Source: a bacterium (GTDB taxonomy: Bacteria > Desulfobacterota > Deferrisomatia > Deferrisomatales > BM512). From it: a stretch of 64,000 nucleotides of DNA. Where the stretch lies: assembly GCA_004322275.1 (NCBI GenBank), contig SCTA01000017.1:11595-75594 (forward strand). Reading direction: 5' to 3'. Shown here piece by piece: positions 38,005 to 47,566 of this stretch (positions are counted from its first letter, which is position 1; the number at the start of each line of letters is the position of its first letter). The notes below the pieces were generated by a model, which was not told the DNA's origin, did no database searches, and worked only from the letters and a program-made list of their open reading frames with translations. A program made the position numbers and the translations under genes.

Positions 38005-38583
38005 TCAAACGGCGCTTCTTCCCAGTTCAAAGGCCTTGAGGTTAAGGGCGAGAACCTTCGGGGGGACGCTGCGCTCTACCGCCTTTTTCCACAGCTCTTC
38101 CGGTATGGCGTCGAAGAGCCGTGAAAGCGCTCCGACAAGCACGACGTTGGCCGCCCTCTTGTTTCCCGCCTTTTCGGCGAGCTCCCCCGCGTCAACGGCT
38201 ATGCGCCTCTTGCCGTAGGTTCCCAGCTTCTCCACTACGTCCTCGGGGTATTTCGCGAAGCCCGCCGAGACCGTCGAGGGGTTTATCCTCTCGGTGGCGA
38301 AGATTATCACGCCCTCCTCCCTGACGTTGTGGGCGTAGCGCAGGGCCTCCAGCGGCTCGAAACCGACGAGGATGTCGCACTCGCCCTCGGGCACGATGGG
38401 CGAGCGTACGTTTTCGCCGATGCGGACGTGGCTGACCACCGAGCCGCCGCGCTGGCTCATGCCGTGAACCTCGCTCTGCTTTATGTCGAGCCCGGCGAGG
38501 AGGGCGACTTCGGAGAGGACTTTGCTGGCGAGGAGAACTCCCTGTCCTCCGACGCCGCCGAGCAGGATATTGGTTGTCTTCAT
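38005..38583 (-). CDS. iorB: Indolepyruvate:ferredoxin oxidoreductase subunit beta
   Basis: This 192-aa protein shows LLGGVGGQGVLLAS...EVHGMSQRGG, matching the 2-oxoacid:ferredoxin oxidoreductase gamma-type domain as in IorB. Confidence 0.88.
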   Translation of the reverse strand: MKTTNILLGGVGGQGVLLASKVLSEVALLAGLDIKQSEVHGMSQRGGSVVSHVRIGENVRSPIVPEGECDILVGFEPLEALRYAHNVREEGVIIFATERINPSTVSAGFAKYPEDVVEKLGTYGKRRIAVDAGELAEKAGNKRAANVVLVGALSRLFDAIPEELWKKAVERSVPPKVLALNLKAFELGRSAV

Positions 38584-38612
38584 ATCTTTAAACCATCCTT
38601 TACGGTTGGGTT

Positions 38613-40370
38613 TTAACGAATAATCGCTTCTGCTTTACAGACTTGAGCACAGACCGTGCATCCCGTGCAGAAATTCGGGTCGATGGCCGCGAAGGTTTCT
38701 TCCCCCTTTTGCATCATGGAAACGGCGATGCAGCCGACGCCTATGCACCTCTTGCAGCCGGTGCACTTCTCCGCAAGAACCCTCATCGGCTCGCCCTTGA
38801 CGCGGTACTGGAGGACGCAGGGGTCCTTGGTGATGACGGCCGAGGGCTCGGGCTTTTCCAGCTCTTCCCGGAAGACGGCTTCGAGGGCCTTGAGGTCGTA
38901 GGCGCTCACCACGCGGACGTTCTCCGGCTTGACTCCGAGAGCGATGACCAGCTTTTCGAGGTCGATGGCGGGGGACTCGACTCCGGAGACCGAATGGCCG
39001 GAGCCGGGGTTCTCCTGCCCGCCGGTCATGGCGGTTATCCGGTTATCCTGTATGGCGACGACGGCATTGCCCCGGTTCCAGATGAGATCGATAAGGCCCG
39101 TTACGCCGGAGTGGAAGAAGGTCGAATCGCCGATGACCGCGACCACCTTGTTTTTGTAGTCTTCGGACTCTCCGATTACCTTCGAGATGCCGTGGGCCAT
39201 CGTTATCGAGGCGCCCATGCAAAGGCAGGTGTGCATCGACTCCAGAGGCGGCAGGGCGGCGAGGGTGTAGCACCCGATGTCCCCGGAGACGAAGACCTTG
39301 AGCTTTTTGAGGACCGCGAACACGCCCCGGTGGGAGCAGCCGGGACAGAGCACCGGCGGCCTCACGGGAAGCCCCTCGGCGGGTGCTTTTTTCTTCGGCT
39401 CTACGCCGGTGAGAAGGGCGGTCACGCAGGAGGGCTCCAACTCGCCCAGTATCGGGAAGAGGTCCTTGCCGTGGTCTACCCTCACTCCGAGAAGGCGTAT
39501 CTGCTCTTCAAGGAAGGGGTCGAGCTCCTCGACTACGATAAGCTTCTTTACCTTGGAGGCGAAATCGCGGATGAGTTTCGCGGGGAGGGGCCAGGTCATG
39601 CCAAGTTTTAAGAAACTCGCCCCCGGAAGGGCTTCCTTCGCGTACTGGTAGGTAATGCCGGAGGAAATTATGCCGATGTGGGTATCGCCCCACTCGACCC
39701 GGTTGAGCGGCGAGGTCTCGGCGAGCTGGGCGATCTTTTTCAGCCTCTCCTCGATTAGCGGGTGCCTCTGCCTCGCGTGGCCGGGAAGCATGACGTATTT
39801 TCTGGTGTTGCGGTCGATCTCGCCGGTAGAGGGATATTCCTCCCGCTCGCCAAGCTCGACCACCGACTTGGAGTGCGAGATGCGGGTGGTGGTGCGAAAG
39901 AGGACCGGGGTGTCGAAAGCCTCCGAGATGTCTAAGGCGGCCTTAAGAAAATCCTTGGCCTCCTGCGAATCGGAGGGCTCCAGCATCGGCAGCTTGGCGA
40001 ATTTGGCGAAGTTGCGGTTGTCCTGCTCGTTCTGGCTGGAGTGCAGGTTCGGGTCGTCGGCGCTGATCAGCACGAGGCCGCCTTTTACGCCGGTGTAGAC
40101 GGCGGTGAAGAGCGGGTCGGCGGCGACGTTCACCCCGACGTGCTTCATCGAGACGAGGGTGCGCGCGCCCGCCATCGAAGCGCCCACCCCGCATTCGAGG
40201 GCGGTCTTTTCGTTCGGCGACCACTGGGAATAGATCTCGCCGGGGTACCTGGCGGAAATGGTTTCAAGTATCTCGGTCGAGGGCGTGCCGGGGTAGGCGG
40301 CGGCGAAGGTGACTCCCGCCTCGTACGCGCCTCGCGCTATCGCTTCGTTTCCGGAAAGAACCTCTTTCAT
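38613..40370 (-). CDS. iorA: Indolepyruvate:ferredoxin oxidoreductase subunit alpha
   Basis: It has a TPP-binding region (GDSTFFHSG) and two C-terminal ferredoxin motifs (CTGCKRC, CTGCTVCAQVC). The ATG is preceded by AAGGAG, and a TTG 5 codons upstream is the alternative start. Confidence 0.9.
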   Translation of the reverse strand: MKEVLSGNEAIARGAYEAGVTFAAAYPGTPSTEILETISARYPGEIYSQWSPNEKTALECGVGASMAGARTLVSMKHVGVNVAADPLFTAVYTGVKGGLVLISADDPNLHSSQNEQDNRNFAKFAKLPMLEPSDSQEAKDFLKAALDISEAFDTPVLFRTTTRISHSKSVVELGEREEYPSTGEIDRNTRKYVMLPGHARQRHPLIEERLKKIAQLAETSPLNRVEWGDTHIGIISSGITYQYAKEALPGASFLKLGMTWPLPAKLIRDFASKVKKLIVVEELDPFLEEQIRLLGVRVDHGKDLFPILGELEPSCVTALLTGVEPKKKAPAEGLPVRPPVLCPGCSHRGVFAVLKKLKVFVSGDIGCYTLAALPPLESMHTCLCMGASITMAHGISKVIGESEDYKNKVVAVIGDSTFFHSGVTGLIDLIWNRGNAVVAIQDNRITAMTGGQENPGSGHSVSGVESPAIDLEKLVIALGVKPENVRVVSAYDLKALEAVFREELEKPEPSAVITKDPCVLQYRVKGEPMRVLAEKCTGCKRCIGVGCIAVSMMQKGEETFAAIDPNFCTGCTVCAQVCKAEAIIR

Positions 40371-40581
40371 TTCAACTCCTTGCAAGGGAGAACCTTGCTT
40401 GCTCTCTCACTCGCTGGCACCGGAGGGCGTGGGAACGAAAACCCTTGCCTGAACCGTCTAATATGACTAAACCGGGAAATAGTCGCCTGAAACGGCGAAA
40501 AATGCAACCCCCCGGCCTTCAATTAACCCCCTGGGAAAGGGCGCGTTGCCGGGGACGCCGGGTTTATGCTACTTTCGGGGG

Positions 40582-41223
40582 ATGCAGACACTCTTTTTGT
40601 GCGAAATCTTCCTCTCCATACAGGGCGAATCCCACTTTGCCGGGTACCCCTGCGCCTTCGTCCGCCTCTCGGGGTGCAATCTCGAATGCTCTTTTTGCGA
40701 CACCCGCTACGCCTTCGGGGAAGGGGAGGAGCTTCCCGTCGAAGAGGTGGCCCGAAGGGCGCTCGAACTAAAGGCCCCCTACGTCGAGGTGACGGGAGGA
40801 GAGCCCCTCCTACAGCCCGGAACGCCGGAGCTGCTGCGCCTTCTGGTGCGGGGCGGCGCGAAGGTGCTACTCGAAACCAACGGCAGCCTTCCCCTTGACG
40901 AGGTGCCGGAGGAGGTCCACGTCATCATGGACCTGAAAACCCCCGGCTCGGGGATGGCGGACAGGAACCTGTGGGAGAACCTCGAAAGGCTCAAGGGAGA
41001 GGACGAGGTAAAGATCGTCCTCACCTCGGAGGAGGACTACCTCTGGGCTCTTGAAGTTATCAGAAACCGGATCGCGGGGCGCTGCCGGGTCAGCCTCTCG
41101 CCGGTGGTCGAAACCCTGCCCCCCGCGCTCCTCGCCGAATGGATGGTGCGCGACAGGCTCGACGCCCGCCTCCAGTTACAGCTTCACAGAATCATCTGGC
41201 CGGAGCGGGAACGCGGGGTTTAA
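40582..41223 (+). CDS. queE: 7-carboxy-7-deazaguanine synthase (radical SAM)
   Basis: The sequence IFLSIQGESHFAGYPCAFVRLSGCNLECSFCDT contains the CX14CX2C QueE-type cluster motif. Confidence 0.88.
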   Translation: MQTLFLCEIFLSIQGESHFAGYPCAFVRLSGCNLECSFCDTRYAFGEGEELPVEEVARRALELKAPYVEVTGGEPLLQPGTPELLRLLVRGGAKVLLETNGSLPLDEVPEEVHVIMDLKTPGSGMADRNLWENLERLKGEDEVKIVLTSEEDYLWALEVIRNRIAGRCRVSLSPVVETLPPALLAEWMVRDRLDARLQLQLHRIIWPERERGV

Positions 41224-42191
41224 CACCTCTTCTTTTTCAGCACCGAAACAACTCCGAAGAGCGCCTTTGCGATTCTCTCGAAATCCTCGGGTATGGGGGA
41301 GCATATCTCCATCTCCGCGCCGCTGGCGGGGTGGTTGAAGGCGACCTTGTAGGCGTGGAGCATCTGACGCGGTATCTCAAGCTCCTCCTCGCCTATCCTC
41401 ACCCTCGGAGCGCCGCCGTAGAGGGCGTCGCCCAGTATCGGAAAGCCCCTCGCGGAGAGCTGCAACCGTATCTGGTGCATCCTGCCGGTCTTGGGGCGGC
41501 ATTCGACGAGGGCGCAGCCGTTGGCCACGGCGAGGGTGGTGAAGGAGGTCTCCGTCCGCATCCCGCCGCTTGCGACCGAGGCCACCCTTCCGCCGGGAAC
41601 CTCCTTGATGTGGCGCACGTCGTCGAATTTTTCCGGCGGCTTGCCCGAGACTATGGCGAAATAGGTCTTGTCCACCATCCTCTTGCGGAATTCCTCAAGA
41701 ATGCTTCTCGTCGCCTCGTCGTTTATCCCGAAGAGGAGAACGCCGGTGGTGTCCTTGTCGAGGCGGTGGAGGAGCTTTAGCTTCGCTCCGTAAGCCTTCT
41801 TTGCGAGAAGCTCCGCCGTGAGCCTACCGGGGTCCATTGTGACGCCGGAGGGGATGAAGGAGGGCTTGTCTACGGCCAGAAAGTGCTCGTCGCGGTAGAG
41901 AAGCTTTATCTCCGGCGGCTTTCTCTTTTCCTCGGGGGGATCGAAGCGCACCTCTATCCTCTCGCCGGGGACGACCTCGTGGGAGGCCATTATCTCGATC
42001 TTTCCGTTCACCGAGACCTTCGACTGGTCGATCAGCTTTTTCGCCTGTTTCCTGCTGAGGCCGTCAAAAACGCCGATCATGTAGATGTCGAGGCGCTGCC
42101 CCCCCTCCCTCGGGCCGACAATCTCTCTTTTGAGGCGCGGATCGCCCTTTGAACTTTTTTCACTTCTTTTCGCCATCGTTTTTGCCGCCAT
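41220..42191 (-). CDS. RluA-family pseudouridine synthase with S4 domain
   Basis: The catalytic HRLDKDTTGVLL motif is present. An S4-like N-terminus follows a Lys-rich leader. Confidence 0.85.
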   Translation of the reverse strand: MAAKTMAKRSEKSSKGDPRLKREIVGPREGGQRLDIYMIGVFDGLSRKQAKKLIDQSKVSVNGKIEIMASHEVVPGERIEVRFDPPEEKRKPPEIKLLYRDEHFLAVDKPSFIPSGVTMDPGRLTAELLAKKAYGAKLKLLHRLDKDTTGVLLFGINDEATRSILEEFRKRMVDKTYFAIVSGKPPEKFDDVRHIKEVPGGRVASVASGGMRTETSFTTLAVANGCALVECRPKTGRMHQIRLQLSARGFPILGDALYGGAPRVRIGEEELEIPRQMLHAYKVAFNHPASGAEMEICSPIPEDFERIAKALFGVVSVLKKKRC

Positions 42192-42340
42192 CTTTCTTTA
42201 GCGACTCCCGCACTTTTGCGTCCGCCGGGAGCAATCAGTAAAATTATCGTCTATTTCGTTTGGGACGATTGAAATACCCGCCCAATTCCGTATGATGAAG
42301 GGTGACGACTTTTCAGGCAATCACCCCCGAGGAGAAGCAG

Positions 42341-43438
42341 ATGGACAAGGACGTCTTTCACAAAATACTCACACTCGCCCACCAGTCGCACGCCAGCGAT
42401 ATTCATTTCAAGGTCGGCGCCCCCATACTCCTTCGCGTCAACGGCCAGCTCATGGAGGCCAAGAGCCCTGTGCTTTCAAAGGACGACACGGTTTCGATAG
42501 CCGAGACGATACTCGAAGACATCTACCCGCCGGTAAACCCCAAGGAGCTTCGCGAGTGGGACGGCTCCTACTCTCTGGCGGGGGTGAGCCGCTTTCGAGT
42601 AAACATCTACAAGCAGAGAAACTCCCTCGCCCTCGTCCTTCGCACCATCCCCTTCGACATCCCCACCGTGGAAGCGCTCGGGCTGCCGCCGGTCCTTAAA
42701 AAGATAGCCGAGGAGGAGCGCGGACTGGTCCTCGTCACCGGCGTCACCGGCTGCGGAAAATCCTCTACCCTCGCTGCGATGATAAACCACGTCAACGAGA
42801 ACCGCAAATGCCACATCCTCACCATCGAGGATCCGATCGAGTTCATGCACAAAAACAAGAAGGCGTCGATAAGCCAGCGCGAGATAGGCCTCGACACCGC
42901 CGATTTCAACATAGCCCTTCGCGCCGCGCTCCGTCAGGACCCGGACATAATCCTCGTCGGCGAGATGCGCGACACCGAGACGATAGACACAGCCCTTCGC
43001 GCCTCCGAGACCGGACACCTCGTCTTCTCCACCGTGCATACCACCGACGCCCAGAAGACCATCAACCGCCTCATCGGCGTCTTCCCGGCCGAGAAGCAGT
43101 CCCTCGTGCGCCTTCGCCTCGCCGAGAACCTCGTCGCCACGATAAGCCAGCGCCTCGTCCCCCTCAAGGAGGGCAAGGGAAGGCTTCCCGTCTGCGAGAT
43201 ACTCAGGATGACCAAGACCGTGGAGGAGTGCATCAAGGACCCTATGAAGACTTTCCACATGAAGGACGTGCTGGAGCAGGGCCACGACACCTACCAGACC
43301 CAGTCCTTCGACCAGGCGGTTATGTGGCTCTTCAAGGACAACAAGATATCCTACGAGACCGCGATCTCCGCCGCCACCAACCCCAGCGACTTCGAGCGCC
43401 AGGTCATGCTAGACACCGGCGGGGTAAGGCCGGAGTAA
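42341..43438 (+). CDS. PilT-family ATPase (paralog 2)
   Basis: The motifs ASDIHFKVGAP, GVTGCGKSS, ILVGEMRD and GHLVFSTVHT are present. A GTG at 42302 is an alternative start. Confidence 0.88.
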   Translation: MDKDVFHKILTLAHQSHASDIHFKVGAPILLRVNGQLMEAKSPVLSKDDTVSIAETILEDIYPPVNPKELREWDGSYSLAGVSRFRVNIYKQRNSLALVLRTIPFDIPTVEALGLPPVLKKIAEEERGLVLVTGVTGCGKSSTLAAMINHVNENRKCHILTIEDPIEFMHKNKKASISQREIGLDTADFNIALRAALRQDPDIILVGEMRDTETIDTALRASETGHLVFSTVHTTDAQKTINRLIGVFPAEKQSLVRLRLAENLVATISQRLVPLKEGKGRLPVCEILRMTKTVEECIKDPMKTFHMKDVLEQGHDTYQTQSFDQAVMWLFKDNKISYETAISAATNPSDFERQVMLDTGGVRPE

Positions 43439-43440
43439 AA

Positions 43441-44010
43441 ATGGACGCGGGTGAAATCCTGTACGCAAAAAACCGCGAGGAATGGCGCGGCTGGCTGGAG
43501 GCGAATCACCGGACGAAAAACGAAATCTGGCTGCTGAACTATAAAAAACACACCGGCAAGCCAAGCGTTCCATATACTGACGCGGTTGAAGAGGCGATCT
43601 GCTTCGGCTGGATTGACGGGAAGGTAAAGAGCCTCGACGAAGAAAAATACATCCAGCGCTACACCCCTCGGAAATCAAAAAGTTCCTGGTCCGAGATCAA
43701 CATCGAAAGAGCGGAGAAAATGATCTCGGAAAAAAAGATGTCGGACCGGGGTCTTGAGACGTACAGGGAGGGGATGAAGTTAAACAACATCGTCCCCTCA
43801 AGCAAAAGCTTCTCCCTTCCCCCCGGCCTCGGGGAAGCGTTGGCCGAAAATCCTGAGGCCCTGAGTAATTTCAATGGATTCGCCCCCTCGTCGCAACTGG
43901 CGTTCGTCTACTGGGTCAACACTGCAAAAACACCGGAGACCCGCCGGAAGAGAATCGCAAAAACCGTGGAGCTTTCCGCGCAAAACAAGAAGTTCGGGGA
44001 AGAGAAGTAA
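43441..44010 (+). CDS. YdeI/OmpD-associated family protein
   Basis: The sequence EWRGWLEANH...EIWLLNYKK...EAICFGWIDG...RYTPRK is typical of the YdeI (DUF1801-related) family. Confidence 0.7.
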   Translation: MDAGEILYAKNREEWRGWLEANHRTKNEIWLLNYKKHTGKPSVPYTDAVEEAICFGWIDGKVKSLDEEKYIQRYTPRKSKSSWSEINIERAEKMISEKKMSDRGLETYREGMKLNNIVPSSKSFSLPPGLGEALAENPEALSNFNGFAPSSQLAFVYWVNTAKTPETRRKRIAKTVELSAQNKKFGEEK

Positions 44011-44028
44011 AAATACGCCCCGCCTTTC

Positions 44029-45165
44029 CTACCCTCCGATCTTGTCCTTTACCCAGTCTTTCCAGCCTTTGGAGGAGGCGACTTTTTCGGTTTCGGCTTT
44101 GGGGAAGGTGGCGAGAAGCTCTTCGAGCTGCTTTTTGTGGGTCTTTGAGAGCCCCGCGGGGGTGCGGACGAAGACGTGGAGGTAGAGGTCGCCCCTAGCG
44201 TGCTTGCGGTGGAGCATGGGGATTCCGCGCCCCTTTATCTTCCGCATCTCGCCCGACTGGACGCCCTCTTCAAACTTTATCTTCACCGGTTCGCCCTCGG
44301 GCCCTTCGGTCTCAATCTGCCCGCCCTTAAGGGCGGTTAAAAGATCTATGTAGAGGGGGCCGTAGAGGTCGAGTCCGCGCCTGTCGAAGCGGTCGTTCTC
44401 CTCTTCGTGGAGCGAGATGTAGAGATCGCCCGGCATTCCCTCTGGTATCTGCTCGCCTTCGCCTTCGAGGCGGATTCTCTGCCCCGTCTCGATGCCGGGA
44501 GGGAAATCGACGTTCACCACCTTCTCTATCCTCGTCATTCCCCCGCCCTTGCACTCCTCGCAGGGTTTTTTTATCTTTTTGCCGTGGCCGTTGCATTCGG
44601 AGCAGGGGCCGGAGGTCTGGAAGGTTGCGAAACCCTGACGAATGACGCGGGTGACCGACCCCCTGCCTTTGCAGACGGCGCACACCTCCACGTCTTCCGG
44701 GGTCGCCGCGCCGCTGCCGTGGCACTCGGGGCAGGGGGCGGGCTTTTTTACCTTAATCTTGCGCGAGCCGCCCTCTATGACCTCTTTTAAATTGACGGAA
44801 ATCTCGTGGTGGAGGTCCCTGCCGCGCCGCTGCCTTCCCTGCCCGCCGCCGAAACCCATCTGGCCGAAGATGTCTCCGAAGATATCGCCGAAGGCGCTGA
44901 AGATGTCGGAAGAGTCGCCGAAACCGTGGTGCATCCCCTTCTGGTTGAGCCCCTCGACGCCGTGGAGATCGTACATCTGGCGCTTCTGGCTGTCGGAGAG
45001 GACCTCGTAGGCCTCGGCGCACTTTTTGAAAGCCTCCTCGGCCTCGCTGTCGCCGGGGTTGCGGTCGGGGTGGTACTTCATCGCCTGCTTGCGGTAGGCC
45101 TTTTTTATCTCGTCGGCGGTACAGCTCCGCTCGACCCCGAGAATCTCGTAATAATCCATCGCCAT
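44029..45165 (-). CDS. dnaJ: Molecular chaperone DnaJ
   Basis: It has a J domain (DYYEILGV...HPDRNPG), a G/F region and four CxxCxGxG zinc motifs. Confidence 0.95.
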   Translation of the reverse strand: MAMDYYEILGVERSCTADEIKKAYRKQAMKYHPDRNPGDSEAEEAFKKCAEAYEVLSDSQKRQMYDLHGVEGLNQKGMHHGFGDSSDIFSAFGDIFGDIFGQMGFGGGQGRQRRGRDLHHEISVNLKEVIEGGSRKIKVKKPAPCPECHGSGAATPEDVEVCAVCKGRGSVTRVIRQGFATFQTSGPCSECNGHGKKIKKPCEECKGGGMTRIEKVVNVDFPPGIETGQRIRLEGEGEQIPEGMPGDLYISLHEEENDRFDRRGLDLYGPLYIDLLTALKGGQIETEGPEGEPVKIKFEEGVQSGEMRKIKGRGIPMLHRKHARGDLYLHVFVRTPAGLSKTHKKQLEELLATFPKAETEKVASSKGWKDWVKDKIGG

Positions 45166-45321
45166 TTCGTAGCGCCTGCAAATGTCAAGGGTGGACGGGC
45201 GAAAACCGCCCGGAAGGATGTGTTTAAATAAGGATTATTTGGCTATATGTCAAGCCGTTGCGAAAATTCCGGGGATTTTAACAGGAATTGGAGCGTCAAA
45301 AGGCAGTTTGTTCTTTAACCT

Positions 45322-45501
45322 CCGGCAAACTATTTCGGCGACCCGCCTTCGCTAAAGCTACGGCGCGGCAAGGCGCATTTACCGGCGCGTTTTTCCGTTT
45401 CCGGCGAGGAATCCCGCAGCGAGAGGGCGAGGCAGTAGCAGCGCTACGGCGAGCTCTTGAGCGAGGACATGACGACGCCGGGGGCGGAAATAACGCGCCG
45501 G
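45322..45501 (+). repeat. Composite repeat: B left arm + C module + type III core element (about 45391..45501)
   Basis: The sequence runs ccggcaaactatttcggcga..ccgccttcgctaaagctacggcg..ttttccgtttccggcgaggaatcccgcagcgagagggcgaggcagtagcagcgctacggcgag... It ends 2 nt from the dapF stop. Confidence 0.9.
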
Positions 45502-45503
45502 AT

Positions 45504-46325
45504 TTAGAGGTAAAATTCGCCTTCAAAGACAGTTGCAGCCGGCCCGGTCATGAATACATGGTTCGACTCCGCCTCCCAGTTTATCTTCAGCGTCCCGCCG
45601 TCGAGGATCACCTCCGATTCCCTTTCAGCCCTCCCGGTCCAGAAGGCGGCTACCGCCGTGGCGCAGGCCCCGGTGCCGCAGGCCAGCGTCTGCCCCGAGC
45701 CGCGCTCCCAGACGCGCATGCGAAGGCGCGTGCGGGAAAGCGCCTCCACAAATTCGACGTTGGTGCGTCGGGGGAAGAAGGGGTGGTTTTCTATCTGCGG
45801 CCCCATTTCGGCCACGGGGTATCTTTCGGCGTCGTCCACGAAGATTACGGCGTGGGGGTTGCCCATCGAAACGCAGGTAACGAGGACGCTGGTGTCGCCG
45901 AGGAGGAGGGGGTACTCCTTCACCACGCCGTCGGCGTCCACGGGTATCCGGCGGCCTTCAAGCTCCGGCTCGCCCATGTCCACCTCGACGAGGTCGCCGT
46001 AGAGCTTGCAGACCTGGAGTCCCGCGAGGGTCTCCACCCTTGCCTCGTCGCCGGTTATGAGGCCGTTGTCCTTTAGGTAGAGGGCGAAGCAGCGTATCCC
46101 GTTCCCGCACATCTCCACCTGGGAGCCGTCGGCGTTTATTATCTCCATCCTGTAATCGGCGACCTCCGAATCCCGGAGGAGGAGCACCTGATCGCACCCT
46201 ATCCCGAAATGACGATCGGCGAGTCTTTGCGCCAGCTCCGTCCAGTTTCCCGGATCGCTTTCGCGGCAGTCCACGAGTACGAAGTCGTTTCCGAGGCCGT
46301 GCATTTTGGTGAATTTGAGCTTCAT
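45504..46325 (-). CDS. dapF: Diaminopimelate epimerase
   Basis: The sequence KMHGLGNDFV...MCGNGIRC...ACGTGACA contains both catalytic Cys motifs. Confidence 0.95.
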   Translation of the reverse strand: MKLKFTKMHGLGNDFVLVDCRESDPGNWTELAQRLADRHFGIGCDQVLLLRDSEVADYRMEIINADGSQVEMCGNGIRCFALYLKDNGLITGDEARVETLAGLQVCKLYGDLVEVDMGEPELEGRRIPVDADGVVKEYPLLLGDTSVLVTCVSMGNPHAVIFVDDAERYPVAEMGPQIENHPFFPRRTNVEFVEALSRTRLRMRVWERGSGQTLACGTGACATAVAAFWTGRAERESEVILDGGTLKINWEAESNHVFMTGPAATVFEGEFYL

Positions 46326-46400
46326 CCGTTCCTTTCCCGAAATTTCATGGCGGCTTGACCAGAAAATCTTACTGGTCGATACTTAACATCCATGACTCTG

Positions 46401-46528
46401 TTGAAAAACGTCGTGAGAAGCCACGGTTTCAAGGAGACGCGGAGCGAGAGGGCGAGACAGAGCAGCGCTACGGCGAGCCCTTGAGCGAGCGCGCGACGCC
46501 GAAAACGGGGCTCGCAACAGTTTTTCAA
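46401..46528 (+). repeat. Intergenic hairpin repeat, arm type II, in the divergent dapF/rluD region
   Basis: The arms TTGAAAAACGTCGTGAGAAGCCACGG and CGGGGCTCGCAACAGTTTTTCAA are complementary. The core carries cagagcagcgctac. Confidence 0.9.
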
Positions 46529-46582
46529 GATCATTCTATACTTTCGCGGGAAATTATTGAAATCCCTTTGAGGGCGGTAAAA

Positions 46583-47566
46583 TTGGAAAAACGTCAGATA
46601 ATCGAAATAACCGCCCAGGCGGACTACCCGCGCCTCGACAGCTTTCTCGCCGGGGAACGCCCCGAGCTCAGCCGCTCCCGCATTCACAAGCTAATAGCCG
46701 GGGGGCTGGTAACCTTTGGGGGCAGGGTTCTTCGCCCCTCGCGAAAAGTCGCGCGCGGCGAGACCTTCCGCGTCGAGCTGCCGGAGCCGGAGCCCTCCTC
46801 CGCCCTTCCCGAGGAGCTGGCCCTCGACGTTCTCTACGAGGACGAGGATATCATCGCCATCGCCAAGCCGAGGGGGCTGGTGGTCCACCCCTCGCCGGGC
46901 CACCCCTCGGGCACGGTGGTCAACGCCCTTCTGCACCGCGTGGGGGACCTCTCCGGCATAGGGGGGGTGCTCCGGCCGGGTATCGTCCACCGCCTCGACA
47001 AGGACACCAGCGGCGTCCTTCTGGTGGCTAAAAACGACGCGGCGCACCGCTCCTTGCAGGAGAAGTTCAAGAGCCGGGAGATGGAGAAGGTCTACCTCGC
47101 CGTGGTGCTGGGAAATCTCTCGGGGGAAGGGGTCATCGACGCGCCGATAGGCAGGCACCCCGCCGACCGCAAGAAGATGGCGGTAAACGCACCCCGCTCG
47201 CGAAGCGCCCTGACCCGGTGGAAGGCCCTGATTCCGCTGAAAGGGGCGACTCTGCTTGAGGTCGTTATCGAGACCGGGAGAACTCACCAGATAAGGGTTC
47301 ATCTGGCCTCGACGGGCCATCCGGTGGTTGGAGACCCGCTCTACGGGGGCGTAAAAAGGGCGAAGGGGATAGCGGACTATGAAGCCAGGAGGAGGCTTTC
47401 TTCCGAAAAGATGCAGGCGCTTCACGCCTGGAAGCTCTCTTTTCGCCACCCCTCGGACGGCAGGGAGATAACCCTTACCGCGCCTCTTCCTTCAGAGCTG
47501 GCAGCTCTGATACGGGCTCTTGGTGGGGAAGGGTGGCCCCTTGAAGACCCGAAAGAAGCGCGGTAA
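46583..47566 (+). CDS. rluD: 23S rRNA pseudouridine synthase RluD-type
   Basis: It has an S4 domain (RLDSFLA...SRSRIHKLI) and the catalytic HRLDKDTSGVLL motif. The start is uncertain. I placed it at a TTG after a GAGGGCGG RBS-like site because the upstream ORF extension is made of repeat sequence. Confidence 0.8.
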   Translation: MEKRQIIEITAQADYPRLDSFLAGERPELSRSRIHKLIAGGLVTFGGRVLRPSRKVARGETFRVELPEPEPSSALPEELALDVLYEDEDIIAIAKPRGLVVHPSPGHPSGTVVNALLHRVGDLSGIGGVLRPGIVHRLDKDTSGVLLVAKNDAAHRSLQEKFKSREMEKVYLAVVLGNLSGEGVIDAPIGRHPADRKKMAVNAPRSRSALTRWKALIPLKGATLLEVVIETGRTHQIRVHLASTGHPVVGDPLYGGVKRAKGIADYEARRRLSSEKMQALHAWKLSFRHPSDGREITLTAPLPSELAALIRALGGEGWPLEDPKEAR

